The notes under the pieces are model-generated. The model worked only from the letters and a program-made list of their open reading frames with translations. It did not search any database and was not told the DNA's origin. 64,000 nt of DNA, taken from positions 64,717 to 128,716 of the forward strand of contig JABIDS010000013.1 of assembly GCA_018651605.1 (NCBI GenBank). Reading direction: 5' to 3'. This DNA is from an archaeon (GTDB lineage: Archaea > Nanobdellota > Nanobdellia > Pacearchaeales > GW2011-AR1). Shown piece by piece: positions 25,269 through 33,259 of this stretch (its first letter is position 1; each line of letters opens with the position of its first letter). Made by a program: the position numbers and the translations under genes.

Positions 25269-26225
25269 TTATTTTTTCTTTTTTGGTTTTCTTTTAGATG
25301 GTTTTTTGTTTTTTTGTTTTAAGGTTTTCTTTTTTTTAGAAGTTTTTAATTGTTTCTCTTCTTTTGGAATTTGTTTAGTTTTAATATTTTCTTTTTTAGG
25401 TATTTGTTTAGTTTTAATATTTTTCTTAGGCGTGGATTTAATTTCTTTTTTCTTTCTTGTAAAGATTCTTTTTATTAAAGTAATTAAAAATATGAATAAA
25501 AAGAATAAGAAAATTATTGAGAGTGTTAATATTAATTTGTCTTCTGGTATTGCTCTGTAGGCCCAATTGTTTTGAGATAGCCAATAAATTGGGTAGGCTG
25601 CAAATCCTAAGGCTGTTATGAATAAAATTAATGGCGCTTTACTTTTTTTTGGTTTGATTTGTTTTTTGTCAGTTTTTAATTGTTCTTTATTTAGGTTTTG
25701 TTTTTTATCTGTTTGTGTGTCTTTAACTTCTTTTATTTTTAAATTTAGAATTGGCCCGCCTAGCATTGGATAGTCTATATCTGCAAGGTTTCCTGATTCT
25801 AATATTTTGGCCCATTCAAGAGCTACACTATATTCTACTTTGAATAATCTTGCAACATTTTTAACTTTCATTTGTTTTCTTTCTTTGAGGATGTTATATA
25901 TTTTATCTAGGTCTGTCTGCTCTTTGCTTGGATTTATTTTTATACTTTTTAATTCAATTTTTTGTTTTCTGAGTTTTACATCTTTTACTGAGGCAAAAAC
26001 TAAAATAAGTCCTAAGAAAGACCATTGAATTAGGATAAATATTTTTGAGAGAGGGTTTATTTTTTCGCTGTTGTCGAAGATTACTTCATTTACTAAAAAG
26101 CCTGTTAAACTTTTATTGAAGTCTATTGATTCTTTACTGTTGTAGGTAAATACTCCTATATTTATTAAAAGAATTAAAATTACAATTGTAAATGCTTTTA
26201 GGAATATCGGTTTCTCCTCTTTCAT
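25269..26225 (-). CDS. membrane protein of the pilus operon with a Lys-rich tail
   Basis: ORF track. Has N-terminal and central TM segments. The tail contains the duplicated NIKTKQIPK(K/E)E, encoded by a direct DNA repeat at about 25360-25430. Confidence 0.6.
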   Translation of the reverse strand: MKEEKPIFLKAFTIVILILLINIGVFTYNSKESIDFNKSLTGFLVNEVIFDNSEKINPLSKIFILIQWSFLGLILVFASVKDVKLRKQKIELKSIKINPSKEQTDLDKIYNILKERKQMKVKNVARLFKVEYSVALEWAKILESGNLADIDYPMLGGPILNLKIKEVKDTQTDKKQNLNKEQLKTDKKQIKPKKSKAPLILFITALGFAAYPIYWLSQNNWAYRAIPEDKLILTLSIIFLFFLFIFLITLIKRIFTRKKKEIKSTPKKNIKTKQIPKKENIKTKQIPKEEKQLKTSKKKKTLKQKNKKPSKRKPKKKK

Positions 26226-26288
26226 AATGGATAGTGTGTTTGTAATTTTATAAAGGTATTGATTGAATATTGTTTGAGAATTAACCCC

Positions 26289-26303
26289 AACCTTTTTAAT
26301 ATA
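26289..26303 (+). promoter_or_regulatory. conserved promoter module AACCTTTTTAATATA (copy 1)
   Basis: The ~30-nt block AACCTTTTTAATATAcTcTTTCTTATtT is repeated at 27682. The TATA-like core lies 19-28 nt upstream of ATG 26322. Confidence 0.55.
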
Positions 26304-26321
26304 CTCTTTCTTATTTCTGAT

Positions 26322-26753
26322 ATGGAAAAAAGAGTTGGTATTGTATCTAAGAAATCTCAGGTAAGTTTTGAGTATATTGTTATTATGGGATTTGTGACAG
26401 GGATTATTATTGTGATTCTTGGAGTTTCGTTTGTTTATAGTAGTGGTATAAATGATAGGATTAAGATGATACAGGTGAATAATTTTGGGAATAAGATTAT
26501 TTCATCTTCTGAGTCTGTTTTTTATTCTGGTGAGCCGTCTAAGGTGACTATTAAGACTTATTTGCCAGAGGGTGTTGAGAGTGTTGAGATTATTGATGAT
26601 AGTGTTGTTGTTTCTTTGTCATTGAATTCAGGATTTACTAAAGTTGCTTTCATAAGTGAGGTTTCGATTGAAGGAAGTTTGTCTAATTCTTATGGGTTGA
26701 AAAATATTCAACTTGTTTCAGATGACAATAAAATTAATATTATTGAGGGTTAA
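26322..26753 (+). CDS. pilin-like protein (class III signal, Q+1 / E+5-Y)
   Basis: MEKRVGIVSKKS-QVSFEYIVIMGFVTGIIIVILG. The ORF track start at 26259 reads through the promoter. Confidence 0.65.
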   Translation: MEKRVGIVSKKSQVSFEYIVIMGFVTGIIIVILGVSFVYSSGINDRIKMIQVNNFGNKIISSSESVFYSGEPSKVTIKTYLPEGVESVEIIDDSVVVSLSLNSGFTKVAFISEVSIEGSLSNSYGLKNIQLVSDDNKINIIEG

Positions 26754-27146
26754 ATGATTAAACGTTCTCAGACTGCGATAGAGTTTCTTGTTTTGGTTAG
26801 TGCTGTTTTGTTTTTTTTTGTAGTGTTTTTTTTAACTATTGGAGAAAATATTCAGGATAAGACTCGGGAGAATATAAATAAAATTGTGAATGAAATTGCT
26901 TTTTTAGTGCAGGAAGAGATTAGTTTTGCAAGTGAATCTGTTGATGGTTATTATAGGGTGTTTAAAATTCCTGAATCTTTAAATGGATTGGAATATGATA
27001 TTGATGTTAGTGATGGGAGAGTTTATTTGAAAACTTATAATAATAAGTATGCTGTTGCATTACCTGTTCAGGATGTTAGTGGTGAGATTATTAAAGGAGA
27101 GAATGTTTTGAGAAAGGAGGGAGGAGTTATTTATTTGAATAGTTAA
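26754..27146 (+). CDS. pilin-like protein (class III signal, Q+1 / E+5-F)
   Basis: MIKRS-QTAIEFLVLVSAVLFFFVVFF. Directly abuts the previous stop. Confidence 0.65.
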   Translation: MIKRSQTAIEFLVLVSAVLFFFVVFFLTIGENIQDKTRENINKIVNEIAFLVQEEISFASESVDGYYRVFKIPESLNGLEYDIDVSDGRVYLKTYNNKYAVALPVQDVSGEIIKGENVLRKEGGVIYLNS

Positions 27147-27147
27147 G

Positions 27148-27654
27148 ATGGTAAGTCAAAAAGCGCAAGCATGGGGTATTGATTTAATGGCTGCGATGAC
27201 AATTTTTATTGTGGCTATAACTGTTTTTTTTGTTTATTCTTTGAATCAGTCTGGAGAGGCGAGAAGTATTATAGAAGATTTGAATTATGATGGAAAAATA
27301 TTTTCAAATGATTTGACATCTGAAGGATATCCTGATGATTGGGTTGAAGCGAATGTTGTTAAAATTGGTTTGACTAATGGGGGCAAAATTAATCAGATAA
27401 AGTTAGAAAAGTTTTATAATTTTTCTCAGGAGGATTATGCAAGGACTAAACTTGTTTTTAATTTGAAGTATGATTATTTTTTCTTTTTTGAAGAGAATAT
27501 GACTGTTGGAGGATTGAGTGTTGAAGGAATTGGTAGGCCTGGAGTTACAAGAGATTTTATAGAAAATGAGGTTAGTAATTTTATTAAGGTGACTCGATTG
27601 ATGGTTTATGAGGATAAGCCGATTACTGCGAATGTTTATATTTGGGAGGAGTGA
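27148..27654 (+). CDS. pilin-like protein (class III signal, Q+1)
   Basis: MVSQKA-QAWGIDLMAAMTIFIVAITVFFV. Confidence 0.6.
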   Translation: MVSQKAQAWGIDLMAAMTIFIVAITVFFVYSLNQSGEARSIIEDLNYDGKIFSNDLTSEGYPDDWVEANVVKIGLTNGGKINQIKLEKFYNFSQEDYARTKLVFNLKYDYFFFFEENMTVGGLSVEGIGRPGVTRDFIENEVSNFIKVTRLMVYEDKPITANVYIWEE

Positions 27655-27681
27655 AGGGTTTATTCATTAATTTTGAACACT

Positions 27682-27696
27682 AACCTTTTTAATATA
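27682..27696 (+). promoter_or_regulatory. conserved promoter module AACCTTTTTAATATA (copy 2)
   Basis: Same block as at 26289. Lies upstream of ATG 27724. Confidence 0.55.
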
Positions 27697-27723
27697 TTGT
27701 TTCTTATATTTGAAGTGATTAAT

Positions 27724-30282
27724 ATGAAAAAAAGAGGAGTATTTTTTAGCACTGATGCATTGATTGCTTTGATGATTATATTTGTTAGTGTGTTGATTAT
27801 TTATCCTGTTGTAAAATATGCTCCTGAGAAGAATTATATTCAGGAGGATATACTTAATGTGCTTTCTTCTTTGAAGATAGATGAGATTGAGGAGGTTTAT
27901 GTTGAAGGGAATATTACTAATTTGAATAATTCTGTGATGGAACAGATTGGAGAGTTTTATGTGACTGATTTAAGTGCTGCGCGGGTTCTTGCTAGTTTTG
28001 TTCTTGAGAATATTGATGCTAGAGAGAATGTTGGGATTTGGTATGGGAATAAATTATTGGCAAGTAGAAATGTTAGTAGTTATGAGGAATCAGAGGATGT
28101 TACTGTGGCTAGGAGAGTTATAAGTGGAATTCGTGAGGGAGAAAGTGTAACTGGTTTTTCTTCGAGGGCTTTTCTTAAAAGTAATGTTAGAACAAAGTAT
28201 TTTTATTTTGGTGGATATGTTGGAGAAGGAAATATTTCTATTAAGGTTGATTATGAAGGGGATTTAAATAATGTGGATTTAGAGGTTGCTGCGAATACTA
28301 ATTTTTCTATTTGTGTAAATGGTGGAGCTTGCTATGGGTATCTTGAGCCTGCTGATTCTTATTTTGAACCTAAGAAATTTAGTTCGCTTGACCTTCCTTT
28401 AGTGAGTGGTTCTAATGTTGTTAAATTTGTTCCTGCAAATCCTGATGAGGAATTATTTATTGCAGGAGGTTATTTGAAAATTAATTATGATGATGGAGAT
28501 TATTTTGAGATTTATTCGGATAGATATTATTTTCCAGGAATTGAGGGGCTTATTAATCTTTATGATGGGTTTTATGTTCCTGAGGTTTTGACTGGGATGA
28601 ATATTTTTTTGCATTATAAAAGTCCTTATGTGATGTTTCTTAATATTGGTAATGTGACTGTTTTTAATGATAGTTCTGAAGATGAAACAACTTTTGAGAT
28701 AAGTAATGCGGAGTTAGAGAATTTAGAGGGATTTGATTATGATTTTTTGAGCCAAAAAACTATTCCTTTGAGATTAGGTTTGGAGAGTGCTTCTTATGTT
28801 TCTGATGGTAGGGATGCAGATGTTTTTTCAGTAACTGATTTAAGTGGAAGTATGGATGATGATTTAAGTTGTTCTGGAGGGGATTCTGAATGTTGTGAGA
28901 GGTGTTTTCTGTGGTTTTGTTGGGACTCTTGTGAGGGTGATATGGATTTATGTGAGTCATGTGGAGGGACTCTTTCTGGTAAAATTATTTCTGCTATTGA
29001 GGCTAATAATTTATTTATTGATGCTGTTTTGAATAATTCTAATAATCTTGTTGGTTTGTCAAGTTATGCCGGAGATGTTCTAAGTGGTCATTCTCATAAT
29101 CTTTCAAATGATGATGTTTCTTTGAAAAATAAGGTTTCTGGATGGGAGGCTGGAGGTAGTACTTGTATTTGTTGCGGTATTAATGATGCTGTTCAGAATC
29201 TTCTTGATGATTCAAGTGAAGATAAATTTCGTTCAATGGTTGTAATGAGTGACGGTGAGGCGAATGTAGAATGTGATGAGCAAGGATGGACTGAGGATTT
29301 AAATCTTAATGGGGATACAGATGATGCTGGTGATGATGCAATTCAGGCTGCTTGTGATGCTTATGAAAATTATGGTATTACTGTTTATTCAATTGGTTTT
29401 GGATCTGGAGTAGATGAAGATACTCTTGAGGGAATTGCTTCTTGCGGTAATGGGACTTATAATTATTCTAGTACAACTCAATTGGAAGAGGTTTATCAAC
29501 AAATTGCTGAAGAAATAATTGAAGCTTCTTATAGTGAGCAAACTATTGAAGTAACTGGAGATTTTGAGAATACCTATCTTTATCCTGATTCTTATATTGA
29601 GTTTGATTATGTTGGTTCTTCTCTTCCTTATGGTTTGATTATTTCTGGGGAGGAACAGTTTTCAGATAATTATTTTGGTAATTTTAATATTCCTGAAGAT
29701 TCAGAGAAACTTAGTGCGAATGTTGTTTCTTATTCTGGTTCTCGGTGGACTGATGAGGTTTCTATAAATAATATTTCAGTATATAATCTTGATGTTTATA
29801 ATTCAGATTATGTTGAGCTTGGAGATCCTTATCATGTTGATATTCCCATGGGCTTGATTAATGATACAAATTCTATTAAACTTACTACTGGTTATTCTTT
29901 TGATAATTCTACTGAAGGTTCTGTTTATAATAAAATTATTTATCAAGTTGTTAAGAATGTTACTTCTTATTCTCCGATTTCTAGTTCTGCAGAAGGTTGT
30001 AAATGGTTTTTAGATTTTGAAGAGGTTAGTAATTTGACTTTTTATGTTCCTTCAGATTATGATGAAGAAAATTTTTGTAATTATCAAGAAGGGAATATTC
30101 AGTATGATGAAAATGATGCTATTCAAAGGGCTGTTTTTTATCTTTTGGAGGAATTAGATTTTGATGGGGATGGTAAGTTGGATGTTCAATTTTCTGAACA
30201 GGATTTGGATATAAGCTCTTCAGAGATTGTGGGTATTCCTTTTGGTTGGTCAACAGAGGTGCAAGTTAGAAAATGGCATTAG
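27724..30282 (+). CDS. 852-aa pilin-like protein with a von Willebrand factor A domain (putative tip adhesin)
   Basis: N-terminus MKKRG-VFFSTDALIALMIIFVSVLIIY. The vWA MIDAS motif DVFSVTDLSGSM lies at about nt 28819-28854, with VVMSDGEAN further on. An eight-Cys insert LSCSGGDSECCERCFLWFCWDSCEGDMDLCESC directly follows the MIDAS motif. Confidence 0.75.
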   Translation: MKKRGVFFSTDALIALMIIFVSVLIIYPVVKYAPEKNYIQEDILNVLSSLKIDEIEEVYVEGNITNLNNSVMEQIGEFYVTDLSAARVLASFVLENIDARENVGIWYGNKLLASRNVSSYEESEDVTVARRVISGIREGESVTGFSSRAFLKSNVRTKYFYFGGYVGEGNISIKVDYEGDLNNVDLEVAANTNFSICVNGGACYGYLEPADSYFEPKKFSSLDLPLVSGSNVVKFVPANPDEELFIAGGYLKINYDDGDYFEIYSDRYYFPGIEGLINLYDGFYVPEVLTGMNIFLHYKSPYVMFLNIGNVTVFNDSSEDETTFEISNAELENLEGFDYDFLSQKTIPLRLGLESASYVSDGRDADVFSVTDLSGSMDDDLSCSGGDSECCERCFLWFCWDSCEGDMDLCESCGGTLSGKIISAIEANNLFIDAVLNNSNNLVGLSSYAGDVLSGHSHNLSNDDVSLKNKVSGWEAGGSTCICCGINDAVQNLLDDSSEDKFRSMVVMSDGEANVECDEQGWTEDLNLNGDTDDAGDDAIQAACDAYENYGITVYSIGFGSGVDEDTLEGIASCGNGTYNYSSTTQLEEVYQQIAEEIIEASYSEQTIEVTGDFENTYLYPDSYIEFDYVGSSLPYGLIISGEEQFSDNYFGNFNIPEDSEKLSANVVSYSGSRWTDEVSINNISVYNLDVYNSDYVELGDPYHVDIPMGLINDTNSIKLTTGYSFDNSTEGSVYNKIIYQVVKNVTSYSPISSSAEGCKWFLDFEEVSNLTFYVPSDYDEENFCNYQEGNIQYDENDAIQRAVFYLLEELDFDGDGKLDVQFSEQDLDISSSEIVGIPFGWSTEVQVRKWH

Positions 30283-31205
30283 TAAAATTAAATAAAAAAG
30301 GAATTTTTTTTACGATGATGGCTATTGCCTTATTGTCTTTGTTTATAATTTCATATAGTACTTATTCTGTTTTTCAGGGAAGAGAAGCGATTAGTAAAAG
30401 AATTAAAACAATGAATGATTTTATTTTTTTAGTTGAAGAAGATTTGTCTAGGCAATTATATATTTCAGGTTTTAGAATTATTTTTCTATTTGAGAATCGG
30501 ATTATTGAAACTGGTGAGTATATTGATGATGTGAATTTTAGTTTTCAGGAATCGTTATATAATGGGACTCTCTATGGTGTAGAGAAAGAGATTATGCAAG
30601 GAGTTACTATGGATGGGATTGCTGATTCTCTTAATGAAAAGGCATTGAAGATTAATGCAAATGTTAGTTTGATTGATACTTCTGTTGAGATAATGCAGGA
30701 AGATGCTTGGAATGTTTTGTTGAAGTTTGAAGGAACATTGCTTGTTCAAGATAAAGGGGGGCTTGTTTTGTGGAATAAGACTCATCAGGATTTTTTGTAT
30801 ATTCCTGTTGAAAATTTTAAGGATCCTCTTTACCTTGTGAATACATATGGGCATATGTCTCATGATATTAATAAAACTCCTTATGAGGTTTTTGTTTCAG
30901 GAAATAATGTTTCTAATTTAAGTGCTCATTTGATGAACTTTTATTATAGGGAATCTAGTTCTGCGCCTAGTTTTTTGAAAAGGTTGGAAGGAGATATTAG
31001 TGCGGATGTTAATGGAATTGAATCTTTTGTTTATGTTCCTAATTTACCTAGCGGAGTTTCTGTTTTGCAAAAATCTGATTTGGATTATATTTATTTTTCA
31101 GCTAATAATCCTAGTTCTTATAAAATTCAAGGAATGCCTTCTTGGTTTGAGTTAGATGATGATGCTTTGGTTAGGTATGGGGCTGAAGGGTTGAAGATTG
31201 TGTGA
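30273..31205 (+). CDS. pilin-like protein (class III signal, G-IFF type)
   Basis: MALVKLNKKG-IFFTMMAIALLSLFIISY. Overlaps the upstream gene by 10 nt. Confidence 0.6.
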   Translation: MALVKLNKKGIFFTMMAIALLSLFIISYSTYSVFQGREAISKRIKTMNDFIFLVEEDLSRQLYISGFRIIFLFENRIIETGEYIDDVNFSFQESLYNGTLYGVEKEIMQGVTMDGIADSLNEKALKINANVSLIDTSVEIMQEDAWNVLLKFEGTLLVQDKGGLVLWNKTHQDFLYIPVENFKDPLYLVNTYGHMSHDINKTPYEVFVSGNNVSNLSAHLMNFYYRESSSAPSFLKRLEGDISADVNGIESFVYVPNLPSGVSVLQKSDLDYIYFSANNPSSYKIQGMPSWFELDDDALVRYGAEGLKIV

Positions 31206-31213
31206 TTGTTGAA

Positions 31214-31334
31214 GCTTTGTTGAAAATCTTTTCTCCCTCCTTTTTAAAATTTATTTTATTATGGTTGCACCCGCCCAGCCCACCCTTAAATGAATAAATT
31301 TTAGCCACACCCTTTTAGACTTTTTCAACAAAGC
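31214..31334. repeat. long two-tier hairpin with a C-rich four-tract loop
   Basis: The outer stem pairs GCTTTGTTGAAAA (31214-31226) with TTTTCAACAAAGC (31322-31334). The inner stem pairs AAAATTTATT (31246-31255) with AATAAATTTT (31293-31302). The loop carries CCCGCCCAGCCCACCC (31270-31285). Confidence 0.8.
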
Positions 31335-31379
31335 CGATTTCTAAGATACCTTTTTATAGTTTGATTATTTATTTGTTTT

Positions 31380-31739
31380 ATGGAAGAGAGGATGTTACTT
31401 TGGATAATTGTAGGAGTTTTGGTTTTAGGTTTAATTGGTTTTTTATATTATTTTCAGTATGAAAGTGAAGTTCCTATTTTTGAGAAAATTAAAAATAGTT
31501 GGTTTAATGAGGAGGTTGGAGATGAAGAAGATAGTGTTGAGGATTTGAATGATGAGGTTGGAGAAAGAGTTGGTGGGAGTGGAAGTGGTGAGAGTGGTGA
31601 AGAGGGTTTTGAGTTACCTGATGATTTAGAAAGTGTCCCTTGTGGATTTTATTTTGCAGATTATAATATTTGTGCAGGAGTTTGTCCTGGAGGGGTTTGT
31701 GAATTAGAAGGGAGGAGTTGTTATTGTAAATCAGGTTAA
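31380..31739 (+). CDS. membrane-anchored acidic protein with a Cys-rich C-terminal knot, hypothetical
   Basis: ORF track. Has an N-terminal TM segment, a D/E/G-rich linker, and CGFYFADYNICAGVCPGGVCELEGRSCYC. Confidence 0.55.
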   Translation: MEERMLLWIIVGVLVLGLIGFLYYFQYESEVPIFEKIKNSWFNEEVGDEEDSVEDLNDEVGERVGGSGSGESGEEGFELPDDLESVPCGFYFADYNICAGVCPGGVCELEGRSCYCKSG

Positions 31740-31740
31740 G

Positions 31741-32067
31741 ATGGCTAGTGGATTGCATCATTATTATAAGAGAAAGAAAAAAGGGAAAGATTATCCTCAT
31801 AAAAATAAATGGTTTAGTTTAATGGATAAAATTATTTATCTTGTTGCGGTTTCTGGGCCTTTGGTGACTTTGCCTCAGGTTTTGAAAATTTGGATTGAGC
31901 AGAGTGCTTCAGGAGTTTCTTTGATTTCATGGGGCGGTTATTTGATAGGAAGTTTTTTTTGGATTGTTTATGGATTTATGCATGACGAGAAACCTATAAT
32001 TCTTGCTAATCTTTTGTGGGTTGTTTTTACTGCGTTGATTGTTATTGGTGTTGTGGTTTATGGGTGA
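31741..32067 (+). CDS. PQ-loop / SemiSWEET-like three-TM protein
   Basis: About 85 aa of three TM helices with the LPQ motif (VTLPQVLKIW) after a K-rich N-terminus. Confidence 0.5.
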   Translation: MASGLHHYYKRKKKGKDYPHKNKWFSLMDKIIYLVAVSGPLVTLPQVLKIWIEQSASGVSLISWGGYLIGSFFWIVYGFMHDEKPIILANLLWVVFTALIVIGVVVYG

Positions 32068-32167
32068 GCAGGGTGGATTAAGGGTGAGGGGTTTAGGAGG
32101 GTTGGTTTATAGGTAGGTGAAGGGGTGGTTTCGAAACCCTTAAAAGTCTTATAATTCTTGTTAATTT

Positions 32168-32956
32168 ATGTTATACTTAATAGGATTAGGATTGAATTTG
32201 AAAGGAATATCTTTGGAAGGTATTGAAGCTATTCGTAAATGTAAGAAGGTTTATTTGGAGAGTTATACTGTTGAGTTTCCTTATTCAACTGCTGAATTGG
32301 AGAAGGTTTTAGGTGTGAAGGTTTGTGTTTTAGGTCGCGAGGATGTAGAGGGTGATAGATTGGTTGAGGAGTCTCGAAAGAGTGATGTTGGGCTTTTGGT
32401 TTATGGTTGTCCTTTGTTTGCTACGACTCATATGAGTTTGATTGAGGGTTGTGGTAAGGTGGAGATTATTTATGCTGCGAGTGTTTTTGATGGAATTGCG
32501 TCTTCAGGTTTGCAGTTGTATAAGTTTGGTAAAGTTTCGTCTATGCCTAAATGGGCTAAGGGTTTTGAGCCTGTTAGTTTTTTGGATTATGTTAAAGAGA
32601 ATTTAAGTATTGGGGCGCATAGTTTGATTTTGGTTGATATTGGATTGAAGTTTAGTGATGCTGTTTCTCAGTTGGTTGATGGTTGTTCTAAGTCTGGGGT
32701 TGATTTAAAGAATGTGGTGGTTTGTTCAAGGGTGGGGAGTGAGGAAGGGAAGATTTTTTATGTTGATGAGTTGAAGGATAAAGGGTTGAAGGGTTTAGGA
32801 GGGAAGAGGGTGAAGGGGTTGAAGGGTTTAGAGGGGAAGAAGGTTAAGGGGTTGAAGGGTTTAGAGGGGAAGAAGGTTAAGGCTCCGTTTTGTTTTGTGA
32901 TTCCTGGTAAGATGCATTTTATGGAGGAAGAGGTTTTGAAGTCTTGGAGGGTGTGA
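32168..32956 (+). CDS. dph5: diphthine synthase
   Basis: Contains MLYLIGLGL..., GCPLFATTH, LYKFG, SLILVDIGL and FVIPGKMHFMEEE, matching archaeal Dph5 end to end except for the repeat insertion. Confidence 0.85.
   Translation: MLYLIGLGLNLKGISLEGIEAIRKCKKVYLESYTVEFPYSTAELEKVLGVKVCVLGREDVEGDRLVEESRKSDVGLLVYGCPLFATTHMSLIEGCGKVEIIYAASVFDGIASSGLQLYKFGKVSSMPKWAKGFEPVSFLDYVKENLSIGAHSLILVDIGLKFSDAVSQLVDGCSKSGVDLKNVVVCSRVGSEEGKIFYVDELKDKGLKGLGGKRVKGLKGLEGKKVKGLKGLEGKKVKAPFCFVIPGKMHFMEEEVLKSWRV
32783..32881 (+). repeat. 3 x 33-nt in-frame tandem repeat inside dph5
   Basis: Units lie at 32783-32815, 32816-32848 and 32849-32881; the last two are identical. They encode GLKGLGGKRVK, GLKGLEGKKVK and GLKGLEGKKVK. 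Confidence 0.9.
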
Positions 32957-32965
32957 GGAGGTTTA

Positions 32966-33060
32966 ATATTGCGTCGCTCTCGCGGACGGCTTTCGCCAGT
33001 CCGCTCCGCTGTTGAATCTTGAAATCTATTTTATTTTTTTAGATGAGTTTTTTTTTGGTT
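32966..33060 (+). repeat. intergenic GC-hairpin/tail repeat, copy C
   Basis: ATATTGCGTCGCTCTCGCGGACGGCTTTCGCCAGTCCGCTCCGCTGTTGAATCTTGAAATC...AGATGAGTTTTTTTTTGG, with a GCGGAC/GTCCGC stem. Confidence 0.8.
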
Positions 33061-33127
33061 TGTTAGTGATTTTTTATTTAGATGAATGTTTCTTAGAGAT
33101 TAAAATTTTGAGAATTACTAAGACTTT

Positions 33128-33170
33128 GGGCAGAAAGGGAAAGGTGACAACCGGCTTTCTGCGGAGGTGG
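33128..33170 (-). repeat. CCACC-box hairpin, inverted copy
   Basis: The reverse complement reads CCACCTCCGCAGAAAGCCGGTTGTCACCTTTCCCTTTCTGCCC. The stem pairs GCAGAAAG (33130-33137) with CTTTCTGC (33155-33162). Confidence 0.7.
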
Positions 33171-33259
33171 AAATGTTTGAATTTATGTTTTAAATTACTA
33201 CCTATCTTTGGTGAAATTTTTTGATATAAATTTATAAATGATTGAGGAGTTTTTATTTT

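Noticed and set aside
32127-32139. The palindrome GGTTTCGAAACC upstream of dph5 and the related GAAACCTAAGGTTTC at 1173-1187, as a shared operator.
   Set aside because: There are only two short occurrences, one of them inside the possible smc N-terminal extension. They are too short to distinguish from chance without a genome-wide count.
33012-33224. 70-aa plus-strand ORF between dph5 and pyrE.
   Set aside because: It is composed of the repeat-C tail and the inverted CCACC-box hairpin. It has no start context, so it is probably not coding.
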